From Leptolyngbyaceae cyanobacterium (GTDB lineage: Bacteria > Cyanobacteriota > Cyanobacteriia > Phormidesmidales > Phormidesmidaceae), in NCBI GenBank assembly GCA_965263355.1, contig CBDHHL010000046.1:1-64000 (forward strand): 64,000 bases of DNA, given 5' to 3'. Below the pieces are notes generated by a model that saw nothing but the letters and a program-made list of their open reading frames with translations, did not search any database and was not told the DNA's origin. A program made the position numbers and the translations under genes. Each line of letters starts with the position of its first letter. Position 1 is the first letter of the stretch. Of this stretch, positions 29,017 through 38,292 are shown one piece after another.

Positions 29017-30011
29017 TATACATTACCTCTTCTTAATGGATTTTTGGCTGAGGGGTCTCCAGCCGTACGACCTTGAAGAGCCCCAGCAGTTGCCATTGAT
29101 GACGCACCTAAGCCTGTCGCTATTGTTTTAGGTGCGTTTAAAACCCCGTTCAGCAGTGTCTTGGCTACGGAAGATTTTTTCTGAAGCTCCCCATACACCT
29201 CATCCATACGTCTCAATCTATCCTCACTATCCTGCCTAGCAAATAACAACTCTGCTTGTTTTTCCAAGGCAGTAATATAACCACAGAATGATCGGACCAG
29301 AGGATCTTCAAAATTGGCCAACTTCTTAGGCTGTCTGGAAGCTTCCAGAGATTGGTCTAAATGCTCTCCTAAATCAGACAATACTGCATGCGCATATTTT
29401 GGCGCATAGGCACTTACCAAATTTACTACATCAGATACATCACAACCATTGCCTAAATACTGGCTAGTTTTAGTGTGAAAATCTGATTGAGCTTGCTTTA
29501 GTAAAATCCCATTTCCTCTTATGCCGTCATCCAAATCGCCCACTACGTGCTGTAACCCAGCTCGTAATGTTTCGAAGTTAGATAAACCATCGTCATCACA
29601 GTCCGCAGCGATCTTCTCAGGGTTGTAAGAAAATAGTTCCTCTAAAACCCTATCTTCTTCCTTGCTCTCAAAATTTGGAAGCTCACGAGAATAGTCTGAA
29701 CACGCAGCAGTTTTTACAACTGGAGTAGCTAACAAGTTCAATGTAGATAACACTGCTTTAGGTTCTGCTATCTCAAACTCGATAGTTTTTTGAGCCTCTT
29801 TTTGAAACCCGAAAAGAAAAGTGTTGCGATTTGCAGACTCCACAACTCGACGTACCTGTTCTGAAGTCATGTCCGATTGTGCTTGAGCTAATTTAACCAC
29901 AGCATCATGTAATGAAATGTCCTCGTGGAGAAACATCTTTGAAGCCGTCTTGCCCATTTCTTCAAGGTCTATTGAATTACTACCACCAAACATCCCCAAA
30001 TATTCTTGCAT
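29016..30011 (-). CDS. K-x-A-rich head-module protein
   Basis: Start MQEYLG with GGAG Shine-Dalgarno; KTAS, KLAQ, KEAQ, KTAA, KIAA, KQAQ, KLAN, KQAE, KKSS. Confidence 0.75.
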   Translation of the reverse strand: MQEYLGMFGGSNSIDLEEMGKTASKMFLHEDISLHDAVVKLAQAQSDMTSEQVRRVVESANRNTFLFGFQKEAQKTIEFEIAEPKAVLSTLNLLATPVVKTAACSDYSRELPNFESKEEDRVLEELFSYNPEKIAADCDDDGLSNFETLRAGLQHVVGDLDDGIRGNGILLKQAQSDFHTKTSQYLGNGCDVSDVVNLVSAYAPKYAHAVLSDLGEHLDQSLEASRQPKKLANFEDPLVRSFCGYITALEKQAELLFARQDSEDRLRRMDEVYGELQKKSSVAKTLLNGVLNAPKTIATGLGASSMATAGALQGRTAGDPSAKNPLRRGNV

Positions 30012-30052
30012 TAGGACTCCTGACTCAGAAAAATAACACACAGGAAAACAGC

Positions 30053-30376
30053 ATGGAAAACAGTACGCCATTAATTTCAATTGAAGAAACTGCAGCCCGA
30101 TTAGGGAAGTCTGTTTCCACAATTTATCGCTTGTGCAAAAACCATACGCTACAGATGCAAAAATGTCCGATAACTCAAATATCTAAGATATCACTTCAAA
30201 GTGTAGAACGATACAGACTAACAAGACTCAATGTTATAGACCAGCTGCTTAACCGGATTGATCAGTTAGAAAGGAGAGTAGCTCACCTAGAGAAAGAAAA
30301 ACTCGAGACAGGCGAGTCAAAGTCCCACAACCCTAAAGCCATAAAAAATATATTGAGAGACATCCACGATATCTAA
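30053..30376 (+). CDS. Excisionase/MerR-like HTH DNA-binding protein with coiled coil
   Basis: LISIEETAARLGKSVSTIYRL; LLNRIDQLERRVAHLE. Confidence 0.8.
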   Translation: MENSTPLISIEETAARLGKSVSTIYRLCKNHTLQMQKCPITQISKISLQSVERYRLTRLNVIDQLLNRIDQLERRVAHLEKEKLETGESKSHNPKAIKNILRDIHDI

Positions 30377-32110
30377 TCAAACAATGTCCAACTCTTCTCG
30401 ATATAGTCCTTCATAAAGAATATCTTCCGTCTTTTCTGGGAGAATAACATCACGACGAGGCTTGTACTTCATGGACGCCAAAAAGCAATAACACAAAGAG
30501 TGGAAAGTATCATCAGAATCACTCGGGCCTCGCTTATAAACATTTTGCTTCATAGTTTCACTATATTCAGAAAAGATATTCAGCATATCTGAAGCAAAAG
30601 GTGATTCCCATTCAGACCAGTTAGGAAATTGAAATACATTTCTACGCTTTACAGCATTAAAAACGTCAGACATAACTTCCGTGCGATGGCATAAAAATCT
30701 TGGCACTCCTAAAGACGCCTCATAAGATACTTTCTTCTTCTGCCTACCTATCCACTGATAGCGACATATTTTTTCCGCCCCGAATCTCCGTACAAGCTTA
30801 TCATTTTGATAAAAGCCTCCACCGTAGTCCACCCCAATGTAAATCACATTAAACATCTCGCACAGACCAAGTATGATATCCAATTGATGGTCTGGTTCTG
30901 CTTCTTTTCCCTTGCACTGCTTGGCGTAAAAAATCGAAAACTTGTGTGGAGCCCAAGGAAAATAGCCACCCAGCAAAATAACAGTGAAGGAGTTTTTTTC
31001 TCCAGTACCCCAGTCGATACCCATGAATACTGGATGTGCAGCATACTTCTTCTTCACATCAGCATAAGCAAACATTGAAAGCTCTTCAGAACAGTTATCT
31101 AAAACATCTTGTTGAGTTAATGGGCGGGTACCGGAGTCAAAAGATCTACCCAAAACCTCATTATAAAATTTAACCCGAGAATAAGTCTCATACTTACTTA
31201 TGATGTCCTGCCAATGAATCCAACTTACAATCAACTGAGGAATTCTATAACCCATATATGGATTACTCAAACGAACGTTCGGATTCATAGAAGCCCATTG
31301 AGCATCAGGATCATTTGGGTCAATCCGTTTCCCGCATTTGTCGCAAATAAGGCCAAATTTACCTATAGAGGCCTCAGAGGTCACATTCCAATGCCAAGAA
31401 CTAGGATCGTTTGGAGTCCCGTGCGAACGACAAGGAATCACCCACTCATTTTGCGTAGAGAATTTTGACCAGTAATGCTCGATTGCATTATCTAATGATT
31501 TAGGTGTACCGGAATATGTAAACAGCCTATGCTCAGAGTGAGAAGCACACTCTTCTATAACAGGAATATTGTCTAACAAGACATCCTGAAACTCATCGAT
31601 GGTAATCAGATCTGCGGGGACTCCACGACAACGGTCAGCATTCAAAAATGCAAAACGCAAAGATACTTTAGAACGATTAATAAACCCCTTTTCCATGAGG
31701 TTCGCTGTCAATTTCACATTTGTAAAAGATTGAAGTACCTTAGAAGTCTCTATGGCCTCTTGAATCCTAGTTCGAGAAAACTCTTTTGTTTGCATGTGTG
31801 ATGGAGAAACATACAAAGCTCTAAAACCAGGAAACAAAAATGCATAAGATAACATCTTGTTCCCAAGCAAAGTTGATTTCTCAACCTGCCTGCCCGCCAT
31901 TAGAAGTAGACGATTAGCATCTGTGTCGTAAATCTCTCGAAGGTACGGCCGACCTACAAACGAAAAATTGGTGTAATCTCCTTTTACTGGAAGAAAAAAA
32001 GCCGCCTCAGTGAATTCAGAAATGGAAATAACCAAAGTCGCATCGTCTGCAATACGGTCTTCTGAATACTCATCGGTCAATGGCTTGTCAAACCGAGCAG
32101 CATCATCCAT
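30377..32110 (-). CDS. Terminase large subunit
   Basis: RPYLREIY, variant Walker A AGRQVEKST, Walker B ITIDEFQD, SGTPK, nuclease MGIDWG, DDTFHS. Confidence 0.9.
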   Translation of the reverse strand: MDDAARFDKPLTDEYSEDRIADDATLVISISEFTEAAFFLPVKGDYTNFSFVGRPYLREIYDTDANRLLLMAGRQVEKSTLLGNKMLSYAFLFPGFRALYVSPSHMQTKEFSRTRIQEAIETSKVLQSFTNVKLTANLMEKGFINRSKVSLRFAFLNADRCRGVPADLITIDEFQDVLLDNIPVIEECASHSEHRLFTYSGTPKSLDNAIEHYWSKFSTQNEWVIPCRSHGTPNDPSSWHWNVTSEASIGKFGLICDKCGKRIDPNDPDAQWASMNPNVRLSNPYMGYRIPQLIVSWIHWQDIISKYETYSRVKFYNEVLGRSFDSGTRPLTQQDVLDNCSEELSMFAYADVKKKYAAHPVFMGIDWGTGEKNSFTVILLGGYFPWAPHKFSIFYAKQCKGKEAEPDHQLDIILGLCEMFNVIYIGVDYGGGFYQNDKLVRRFGAEKICRYQWIGRQKKKVSYEASLGVPRFLCHRTEVMSDVFNAVKRRNVFQFPNWSEWESPFASDMLNIFSEYSETMKQNVYKRGPSDSDDTFHSLCYCFLASMKYKPRRDVILPEKTEDILYEGLYREELDIV

Positions 32111-32125
32111 AGTACAAGCACTCCT

Positions 32126-32464
32126 ATGCCAGTAATCCTAAGCCAGGCAGATGAAATTTTGCCGACAAAATATAAGAGAATGCACTGGCTAAAACCTTGC
32201 CTAGAAGGGTTGAAATTTCTGTGTGGGGACGACGTACTAGACGTTAAAGCTACTTTATCCATATCGACTGACCCCCTATGTTGTCAGATTATGATACCTC
32301 TCAAGAGACCTCTGCAAAAAAATTCTAGGGAACCATGTAGGTGGTACTTGAGGTATTGGGCCATATCCGCAAATTGTGAAGTCCCCGCTATAACAATTGA
32401 CAAGCAACGCATTTACGCAAAAGTCTTCACTAAGACACGATATGAAATTAAGGAGATGAATTGA
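32126..32464 (+). CDS. Hypothetical protein
   Basis: Divergent from terminase and coupled to the RNase HII gene. Confidence 0.5.
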   Translation: MPVILSQADEILPTKYKRMHWLKPCLEGLKFLCGDDVLDVKATLSISTDPLCCQIMIPLKRPLQKNSREPCRWYLRYWAISANCEVPAITIDKQRIYAKVFTKTRYEIKEMN

Positions 32465-33024
32465 ACAAATTAATTGGGGGCCTAGACGAGGTGGGTTTGG
32501 GGGCCCTTGCAGGACCTATAATCATAGCCACGACAGCCTTTCGAGTAACCCTCAACAAGCCAAAAGGTTGTGAAGACTCTAAAAAGCTTAGCCAACTACA
32601 AAGAACAAAAATGGCTCAAACTCTGGTTGAAGAGCTTGCGTTTCTCGGCGTGGGTTGGGCCTCTGTCAAAGAAATAAATCAACTAGGCGTGGCTGAAGCC
32701 TGGCAGCTTGCTGCTGCCAGATCTCTGGAAAAATGTCCAAAGTTAGAAATGCTTGTTGTAGATGGAGAGCGCCCTGTACAGAACTATGACAGTTCCCAAA
32801 AGGTTGAGCCCAAAGCCGATCAACATTGGTGGCAATGTTCCGCAGCAAGCATAATTGCTAAAGTGGTGCGAGATACAGAAATGCGTGCCTTGGACAAGTA
32901 CTATCCTCAGTATGAATGGCTATCTAATGTCGGATACGGATCTAAGTCGCATAGACAAGCAATCCATAAACACGGCCCATGTCCCGAGCACCGAGAGCAA
33001 TTTATCAAGAATCTTAAAACTTAG
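32461..33024 (+). CDS. rnhB: Ribonuclease HII
   Basis: GLDEVGLGALAGP, DSKKLS, VVDG, KAD, SAASIIAKVVRD, NVGYG, HR. Confidence 0.95.
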   Translation: MNKLIGGLDEVGLGALAGPIIIATTAFRVTLNKPKGCEDSKKLSQLQRTKMAQTLVEELAFLGVGWASVKEINQLGVAEAWQLAAARSLEKCPKLEMLVVDGERPVQNYDSSQKVEPKADQHWWQCSAASIIAKVVRDTEMRALDKYYPQYEWLSNVGYGSKSHRQAIHKHGPCPEHREQFIKNLKT

Positions 33025-33391
33025 GAAACTTATCTACAGGCTCCTCAGGCAACCCCAGTTTAGTGTACCGTTCCAACTCCAAAGTAATAACTGTTCCAAT
33101 CAAGGAGACGCTAGATGACCAACGTCTTATATTTCTAACCTCTTCTGAACTTAACCCACGTTGACGAGCAGGTCTTAGGCCTGTAACCAACCTACAATTC
33201 AAAGCAATAGTTCTCAAACTCTCTTTTAGAATCCCTTCAGGAGTCTTTGGCACAAGTTGAGCACAAAGTGCACGTACCTCCTCAAGCTTACTCACAAGAA
33301 GCTCATCATCGAGCTGCGACGGCGTGTCCTTGTCTTTGATACTTTCCATCGTTTTTCCCTCGAGAGCCATAAGGCTTCTCAGCTGGCGCAC
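33014..33391 (-). CDS. Hypothetical protein; start uncertain (may be 33370 or 33349)
   Basis: ORF downstream of and overlapping dcd. Confidence 0.45.
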   Translation of the reverse strand: MRQLRSLMALEGKTMESIKDKDTPSQLDDELLVSKLEEVRALCAQLVPKTPEGILKESLRTIALNCRLVTGLRPARQRGLSSEEVRNIRRWSSSVSLIGTVITLELERYTKLGLPEEPVDKFPKF

Positions 33392-33884
33392 AAAGATTAA
33401 ACCGGAGCTGACATATTCCTGCGCCTATATATAGCGGCACAGGCTCACGCCCCAAATTAGTTAATTCCAAGGTCACATGCCCTGTCCAACCAGCTTCTAA
33501 TGGGGTAGTATTACACAAAATAAATTGACGAGCATATGTTGACTTCCCAACTACCCAGCCACAAATGGTTGGAGGTAGTTTTAACCGTTCTACAGTCGAA
33601 GCTAAAATAGAAGCTCCACCCTCAAGGTAATACACCTCATCAGTAAAGACATGATTTTCTCCCTCGATATCAAAATGCTTACTGAGGCGAGCATCATAAC
33701 CATGAGGACTCAGACCTGCCGATGGCGTATAAAGTCCGTTAGGTAATCGACGCGCAGCAAACTCAGCTTCAAAATGTTCAATATCAAAAAGTTCTGTCTC
33801 ATCTTGTGGTTGGTGCTCTTTTGAACTTCTGCGTTGTTTAGTTTCTTCAAGTAACTTCTTTATTTCCCAATCAGCTAAAAACAT
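33306..33884 (-). CDS. dcd: dCTP deaminase
   Basis: GLSPHGYDARL, GKSTYAR, TPLEAGWTGHVTLEL, GICQL, GKYQ. Confidence 0.92.
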   Translation of the reverse strand: MFLADWEIKKLLEETKQRRSSKEHQPQDETELFDIEHFEAEFAARRLPNGLYTPSAGLSPHGYDARLSKHFDIEGENHVFTDEVYYLEGGASILASTVERLKLPPTICGWVVGKSTYARQFILCNTTPLEAGWTGHVTLELTNLGREPVPLYIGAGICQLRFNLCAPAEKPYGSRGKNDGKYQRQGHAVAAR

Positions 33885-33892
33885 AACTCCCC

Positions 33893-34354
33893 CTACTCAA
33901 CATCCAGTAGTTGATCAAGTTGTTCTAAAAATTTATCCAACAAGCCACCCTCTTGACTTGAGGCTCCCATAAGACCTTCAAATAATAAAACGTAGGATTC
34001 TAGTTCAGGAACAAAAGAGCATTTCACATTTCCCATCCAAACTTTAGAAGCACTAGTATGCAGCAACTTCGGAAAATTTTCTGGAAATTTTAGTCCGTCT
34101 ATTTTCTGCTCACAGCGGCCAGGTACATAAGTTTTCTTGACCCACCGCCCCAAAAAATACGTATCCTCCCGACCTGCCCTAGGAAATAGTTGAACGAGTA
34201 ATCCTTCCTCTTCAACACGCCAAGAAGCAAAAAAGGTAGTAAAACAAGAGATCATCTGAAGATTCTTAGGCAAGGGAATCAAGCAAGGCTCTGCCTCTTC
34301 AACCATTTGCTTGCACAACTCAATTTGGTTTTCCGTCGTCGGAGTAACTTCCAT
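33893..34354 (-). CDS. Hypothetical protein
   Basis: Operonic ORF. Confidence 0.6.
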   Translation of the reverse strand: MEVTPTTENQIELCKQMVEEAEPCLIPLPKNLQMISCFTTFFASWRVEEEGLLVQLFPRAGREDTYFLGRWVKKTYVPGRCEQKIDGLKFPENFPKLLHTSASKVWMGNVKCSFVPELESYVLLFEGLMGASSQEGGLLDKFLEQLDQLLDVE

Positions 34355-35153
34355 TGGATGATACTAAACGAAGATCGGGTGCCTTTGTTGACCTTTTTTC
34401 CAAAACGAAATTTTTAAGCTGCTTAATAGTGCTACTCATCTGAGCACCTTCCCCAAAGCACATACTATGTAGGTTAACCAACTCCCTTGAATACTTGGCC
34501 ACAAGTGCAGCTGTCTCTGGAGTATCTGGCGCATTCCGAAGAGCATCCAATCGCATGTAAACCATCAAGTGTGTCTCTACCAGGGCAGTTCTAGGATCTA
34601 CCTGAGGATTAAACCCAGCGCGCCACAATGCTTGATCTTTCGTCCCTTGGAGGGCTGCCATATAAGCATCTTGACATGACATTCCTGCCAATAAAGCGTA
34701 CCATTGAGCAGCAGAACAATTATCTATATCCCAAAAATACTTAGCATACTGATTTATCACTTCTTCTGAGATCGAGTACTTAAACCGCTTCTCCACACGA
34801 AGACAAATCTCTGACACATCTAGACGTCCCAGAGTTAGAATCTCAATAACTTCCTTTATCTGAGGTTTGTACTGCAACTCTAATGTTTTCTTAAGCGTAG
34901 CACTCGGAAACCTAAGTTCAGATACACCCAACAAAGATAACCACTCTTGAGTATATTTGTGCCTTGGGCTACTCCAACGAACTGATTGCAAAGGCTGGGC
35001 CTCTAACAAAAGTCTATCGAAAACATCTTCAGAAACCTGAGGCAGGTTAAACGCAGACAGTATCAGATTGACTGAACTGAATTCAACTTGGTCTCCTTTT
35101 GCAATATCTTTTGCAATCAGGAACTTGATATATAACTGGCTTGGGTGCCCCAC
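34320..35153 (-). CDS. Hypothetical helical protein
   Basis: GTG start with GGAGG Shine-Dalgarno; operonic. Confidence 0.65.
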   Translation of the reverse strand: MGHPSQLYIKFLIAKDIAKGDQVEFSSVNLILSAFNLPQVSEDVFDRLLLEAQPLQSVRWSSPRHKYTQEWLSLLGVSELRFPSATLKKTLELQYKPQIKEVIEILTLGRLDVSEICLRVEKRFKYSISEEVINQYAKYFWDIDNCSAAQWYALLAGMSCQDAYMAALQGTKDQALWRAGFNPQVDPRTALVETHLMVYMRLDALRNAPDTPETAALVAKYSRELVNLHSMCFGEGAQMSSTIKQLKNFVLEKRSTKAPDLRLVSSNGSYSDDGKPN

Positions 35154-35163
35154 AAGAACCTCC

Positions 35164-37089
35164 TCAGGAAAACTTGACTTCTTTGTTCTTCAATGTCTTT
35201 AGGCCTTTGACAGTATAATCTAGTGCGACAAGTGCTCTTTCAACAGCAGTTTCTGGGACTTCTGTTATGCCTAATCTTATCGCTATAAGCAATTCTGCTA
35301 AAGAGGATAGAGTTCTTTCAAACTCTGGAATCAAAGTAACAAAAGTAGCTAAGTTTTCAGGGGTAATAAATCCCAAACTCAGGATTCTATCCACCGTCAA
35401 TGTATTTGGGATGACGGCAGCCTCTTTTAATAAGAACTGGGGCTTTGGCAAATCAAGACTAGACAGATCTTGAGCTAACAATGCCTTTGCCTCTTTTAGT
35501 TTGAGATGGTGAGGAATTATTGCTTTTGATGAAGCAAATTTTACTGATCCATGTAGCTCAGCCAATGAGAACAATTCTGGCAAATCTTTGGGATGTAAAC
35601 CACCAGCAACAGCTAGAAACTCAGCGGCACTCTTTGTCATAAAGTGCCTACTACTATCAAGATTTTGATAAGGAAACCCTCTTAGCGAGTATGAGGCTCC
35701 ATCATATATTAATTCTGCTGTCTTTACATTCTCATCTATCAGCACCTGTGAAGGTTCATCCACTAAACTTAGAGGATTTTCTTCGTCCAGCAGCATCCAC
35801 TTATAAGAAGCAGGTAAACAGATAACGCCGTCTATACCCACTGAAGGGGATGATAATTCAGCAAAAAAACAAATATCCCGTGTCAATCCCGAATGCGGAA
35901 GACTGACGGAGTATACCGCCTCCCCATCCGGAGAAACAGAAGATGCCACAACTCTCATGGGTGGAAAACATACAGCTTCCCCATCCACATAATGATAAAG
36001 GATCCCAAAACCCCCAAAAGGATCCTCAGGTAGTACGGTAGCTTCTCCAGAATACCGACCTGCTACTAAAGGCTGGTAGCTATAATTTATACCATTTGTA
36101 AACACAAAGAAATCGCTCGGTTGACCCGTCAAGGTTACAGTTGGAATGGCTATTCCTGCCAGCTGTTTTCCACTGACATCCTGCACGACCCAAGTCCCAT
36201 GCCTATCTATCAAACCAAATGAAGCGTGCTTTTTGAGAATTTTTGCTTTTGATTCTTTTGTAGAAAAAACAACACTACCCTTTTGTTCAAGTTCTTTAAA
36301 AGCTTGCTTTACTAATTGTTTGGCTGCTCTCCTATCTAATAGTTGACTTGTTTTTTCGTAAAGATCACAATTCGCCCAATTAACCTGATAGGTATCAGTG
36401 TCAGTTTTATTTACTTGAATAACATCTGGAGGAACACAGGCAGTTTTAACCGTGTCTAAGTCTGACTGGCTTATTGGTTCTAATTGAGCCGCCGTGTGGA
36501 ATGCGGCTCGAACTCCTGGGGTTGCAACAGTACTAATATGATTTAACAGAGAAGCTTCCTTTAACTTCTCTTGAAACTCAACACATTGAGTTGCATTAAC
36601 TTTGCCCTGTAGAGCGACCAGTGCGGAACCAATTTTAGTGGTCTCTACTGGAGGTTGTAAAGTAGAATAGATACTGGACTCTGGAGGTCGATTTCCAGTG
36701 GCAGAGAAAGTCTCTGGTTGAAATAGTGCCGCACGTAATCGTTCTTCGTTCAGAGGATAATACATGCCATTAAACTGAAAGACATCCAGTGGACTCATTT
36801 TGGAGTCTTTAATAATGACAGGAATCATGACAAGTTTTGGGGATTGAGTGGGTCTGCCTTGGTTTCTTGGTATAGAAGCAACAACTACAGAACCGTAGCC
36901 AGTCCCCTTATTTTCATCCACTTGTATAAGTTGTACGGTTACCTGAAACTCACTAAGATAAGGAACCTGAGAAAACGCCTCTGACAAAATCTCTGAGTTC
37001 CACTGCTCAACATTATCACTTAAAGGAGTCAGCATACCCGCAGACTTAGAAATGCCAAATCGTAATTCTGTATCAATAAAAATGGACAT
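35164..37089 (-). CDS. Large K-x-A-rich protein, candidate virion head protein
   Basis: KSAG, KEAS, KTAC, KHAS, KTAE, KSAA, KFAS, KEAK, KEAA. Confidence 0.65.
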   Translation of the reverse strand: MSIFIDTELRFGISKSAGMLTPLSDNVEQWNSEILSEAFSQVPYLSEFQVTVQLIQVDENKGTGYGSVVVASIPRNQGRPTQSPKLVMIPVIIKDSKMSPLDVFQFNGMYYPLNEERLRAALFQPETFSATGNRPPESSIYSTLQPPVETTKIGSALVALQGKVNATQCVEFQEKLKEASLLNHISTVATPGVRAAFHTAAQLEPISQSDLDTVKTACVPPDVIQVNKTDTDTYQVNWANCDLYEKTSQLLDRRAAKQLVKQAFKELEQKGSVVFSTKESKAKILKKHASFGLIDRHGTWVVQDVSGKQLAGIAIPTVTLTGQPSDFFVFTNGINYSYQPLVAGRYSGEATVLPEDPFGGFGILYHYVDGEAVCFPPMRVVASSVSPDGEAVYSVSLPHSGLTRDICFFAELSSPSVGIDGVICLPASYKWMLLDEENPLSLVDEPSQVLIDENVKTAELIYDGASYSLRGFPYQNLDSSRHFMTKSAAEFLAVAGGLHPKDLPELFSLAELHGSVKFASSKAIIPHHLKLKEAKALLAQDLSSLDLPKPQFLLKEAAVIPNTLTVDRILSLGFITPENLATFVTLIPEFERTLSSLAELLIAIRLGITEVPETAVERALVALDYTVKGLKTLKNKEVKFS

Positions 37090-37098
37090 GAAACCCCC

Positions 37099-38292
37099 TC
37101 ATGTAGTTGTATTGGTTTGCGAAAGAATCTGTTGAAGTTGCGCTACATCTGAAGCCAACGCTGGAAAAGCTTGAGGAGACCCTGGTGGCGAGGATGGGCC
37201 TGCTGTCCCTTGTACCAGCTTATTTAAAACAGAAGTCAGTAAATCAACTAGAGCAGTGCCTAAAACAAGTGGCTCACCCCCAGAACCACCTACTGCTACA
37301 TTGCCTCCGAGCACAATAGAATCCGCATCGACATCCAGAGTTGAGGCCTCAACTTGCGCGCCAGATTGGGACGTCAATGAGAATTGACCTATACTAGATA
37401 AGGACATCGTTCCTCCAGCACTCATTGACAAGTTCCCGTCTGTAGCTTCAAAAAGCAAATCACCCTCCTCCACGGTCAATGTCGTATTCCCTGTAACGAC
37501 TTGAGTCCAAGTACCCTCTATATCCCAAGTGACATTACCCTCTTGAGATACTTGAAGTGTAGCTACTGTTGCTGCGTCGGAAGCTCCAGTAGCGTTTACT
37601 AACAAGGACAATCTTAAACTCTCATCCTCTTGATGAGAACCCATTCGAAGAACCGCAGTGTGGCCTACCTCATTTGCTTGCAATTTGCTCTTTATGCTAA
37701 ACGAAGTTAATTGATTCCCATCTGTATCTTCTACAGTTCGACGAACCGTATAATCTAACTCTCCTGCTAAAGATTTTAGCTGGTAATTTTCTGCTACATC
37801 CCGGATCAGATTACCCAACGGAATATACATACGTTGAGCTAAAGGCGTGGAACCAACTTGAACTACCCCACCCCGACGAAGAATTATAAAATTTTCATCT
37901 CGAGTTTTTAGCATCATATCACCAGGATTTAAGACGCTTCGATTTGAACGGTAATTAACAGCTGGTGCTTCAGATTCTGCCTCATCACGTTCATCTACAG
38001 GAGCTGCCCAGCCTAAAACAAATGGCTGCGCCATAGCACCCGTAGAAGGCGTACACACCCAGACCAGAGAACCTACTTCTGGCATTACATATATCCCTTC
38101 TCCATTAGCAAAATGGAAATAAGGAGACATACATTGTACCTCTAAAAACTCTCTTCCACCATATTCAGAGATGGCATCCACCGTCCAATCCTGAACATTC
38201 ACATTAACTATACGAGCTTTTTCTACCAGAGCAGGAAAAAAGCCAGATTCAGCAACACCGCCAGTGACTGATTTCTTTCGTAACGTTCTCAT
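37099..38292 (-). CDS. Baseplate spike/hub protein (gpV/Gp5-like OB fold plus beta-helix)
   Basis: EGIYVMPEVGSLVWV...FVLG, then G/T/S beta repeats and EPLVLGTAL. Confidence 0.7.
   Translation of the reverse strand: MRTLRKKSVTGGVAESGFFPALVEKARIVNVNVQDWTVDAISEYGGREFLEVQCMSPYFHFANGEGIYVMPEVGSLVWVCTPSTGAMAQPFVLGWAAPVDERDEAESEAPAVNYRSNRSVLNPGDMMLKTRDENFIILRRGGVVQVGSTPLAQRMYIPLGNLIRDVAENYQLKSLAGELDYTVRRTVEDTDGNQLTSFSIKSKLQANEVGHTAVLRMGSHQEDESLRLSLLVNATGASDAATVATLQVSQEGNVTWDIEGTWTQVVTGNTTLTVEEGDLLFEATDGNLSMSAGGTMSLSSIGQFSLTSQSGAQVEASTLDVDADSIVLGGNVAVGGSGGEPLVLGTALVDLLTSVLNKLVQGTAGPSSPPGSPQAFPALASDVAQLQQILSQTNTTT

Noticed and set aside
29912..30122. Long upstream extensions of 29016..30122 and 29912..30376 (likewise 27488, 48195, 60240 and 60736 starts)
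   Set aside because: They would overlap neighbouring genes extensively; downstream ATGs with Shine-Dalgarno sites or stop/start coupling fit better.
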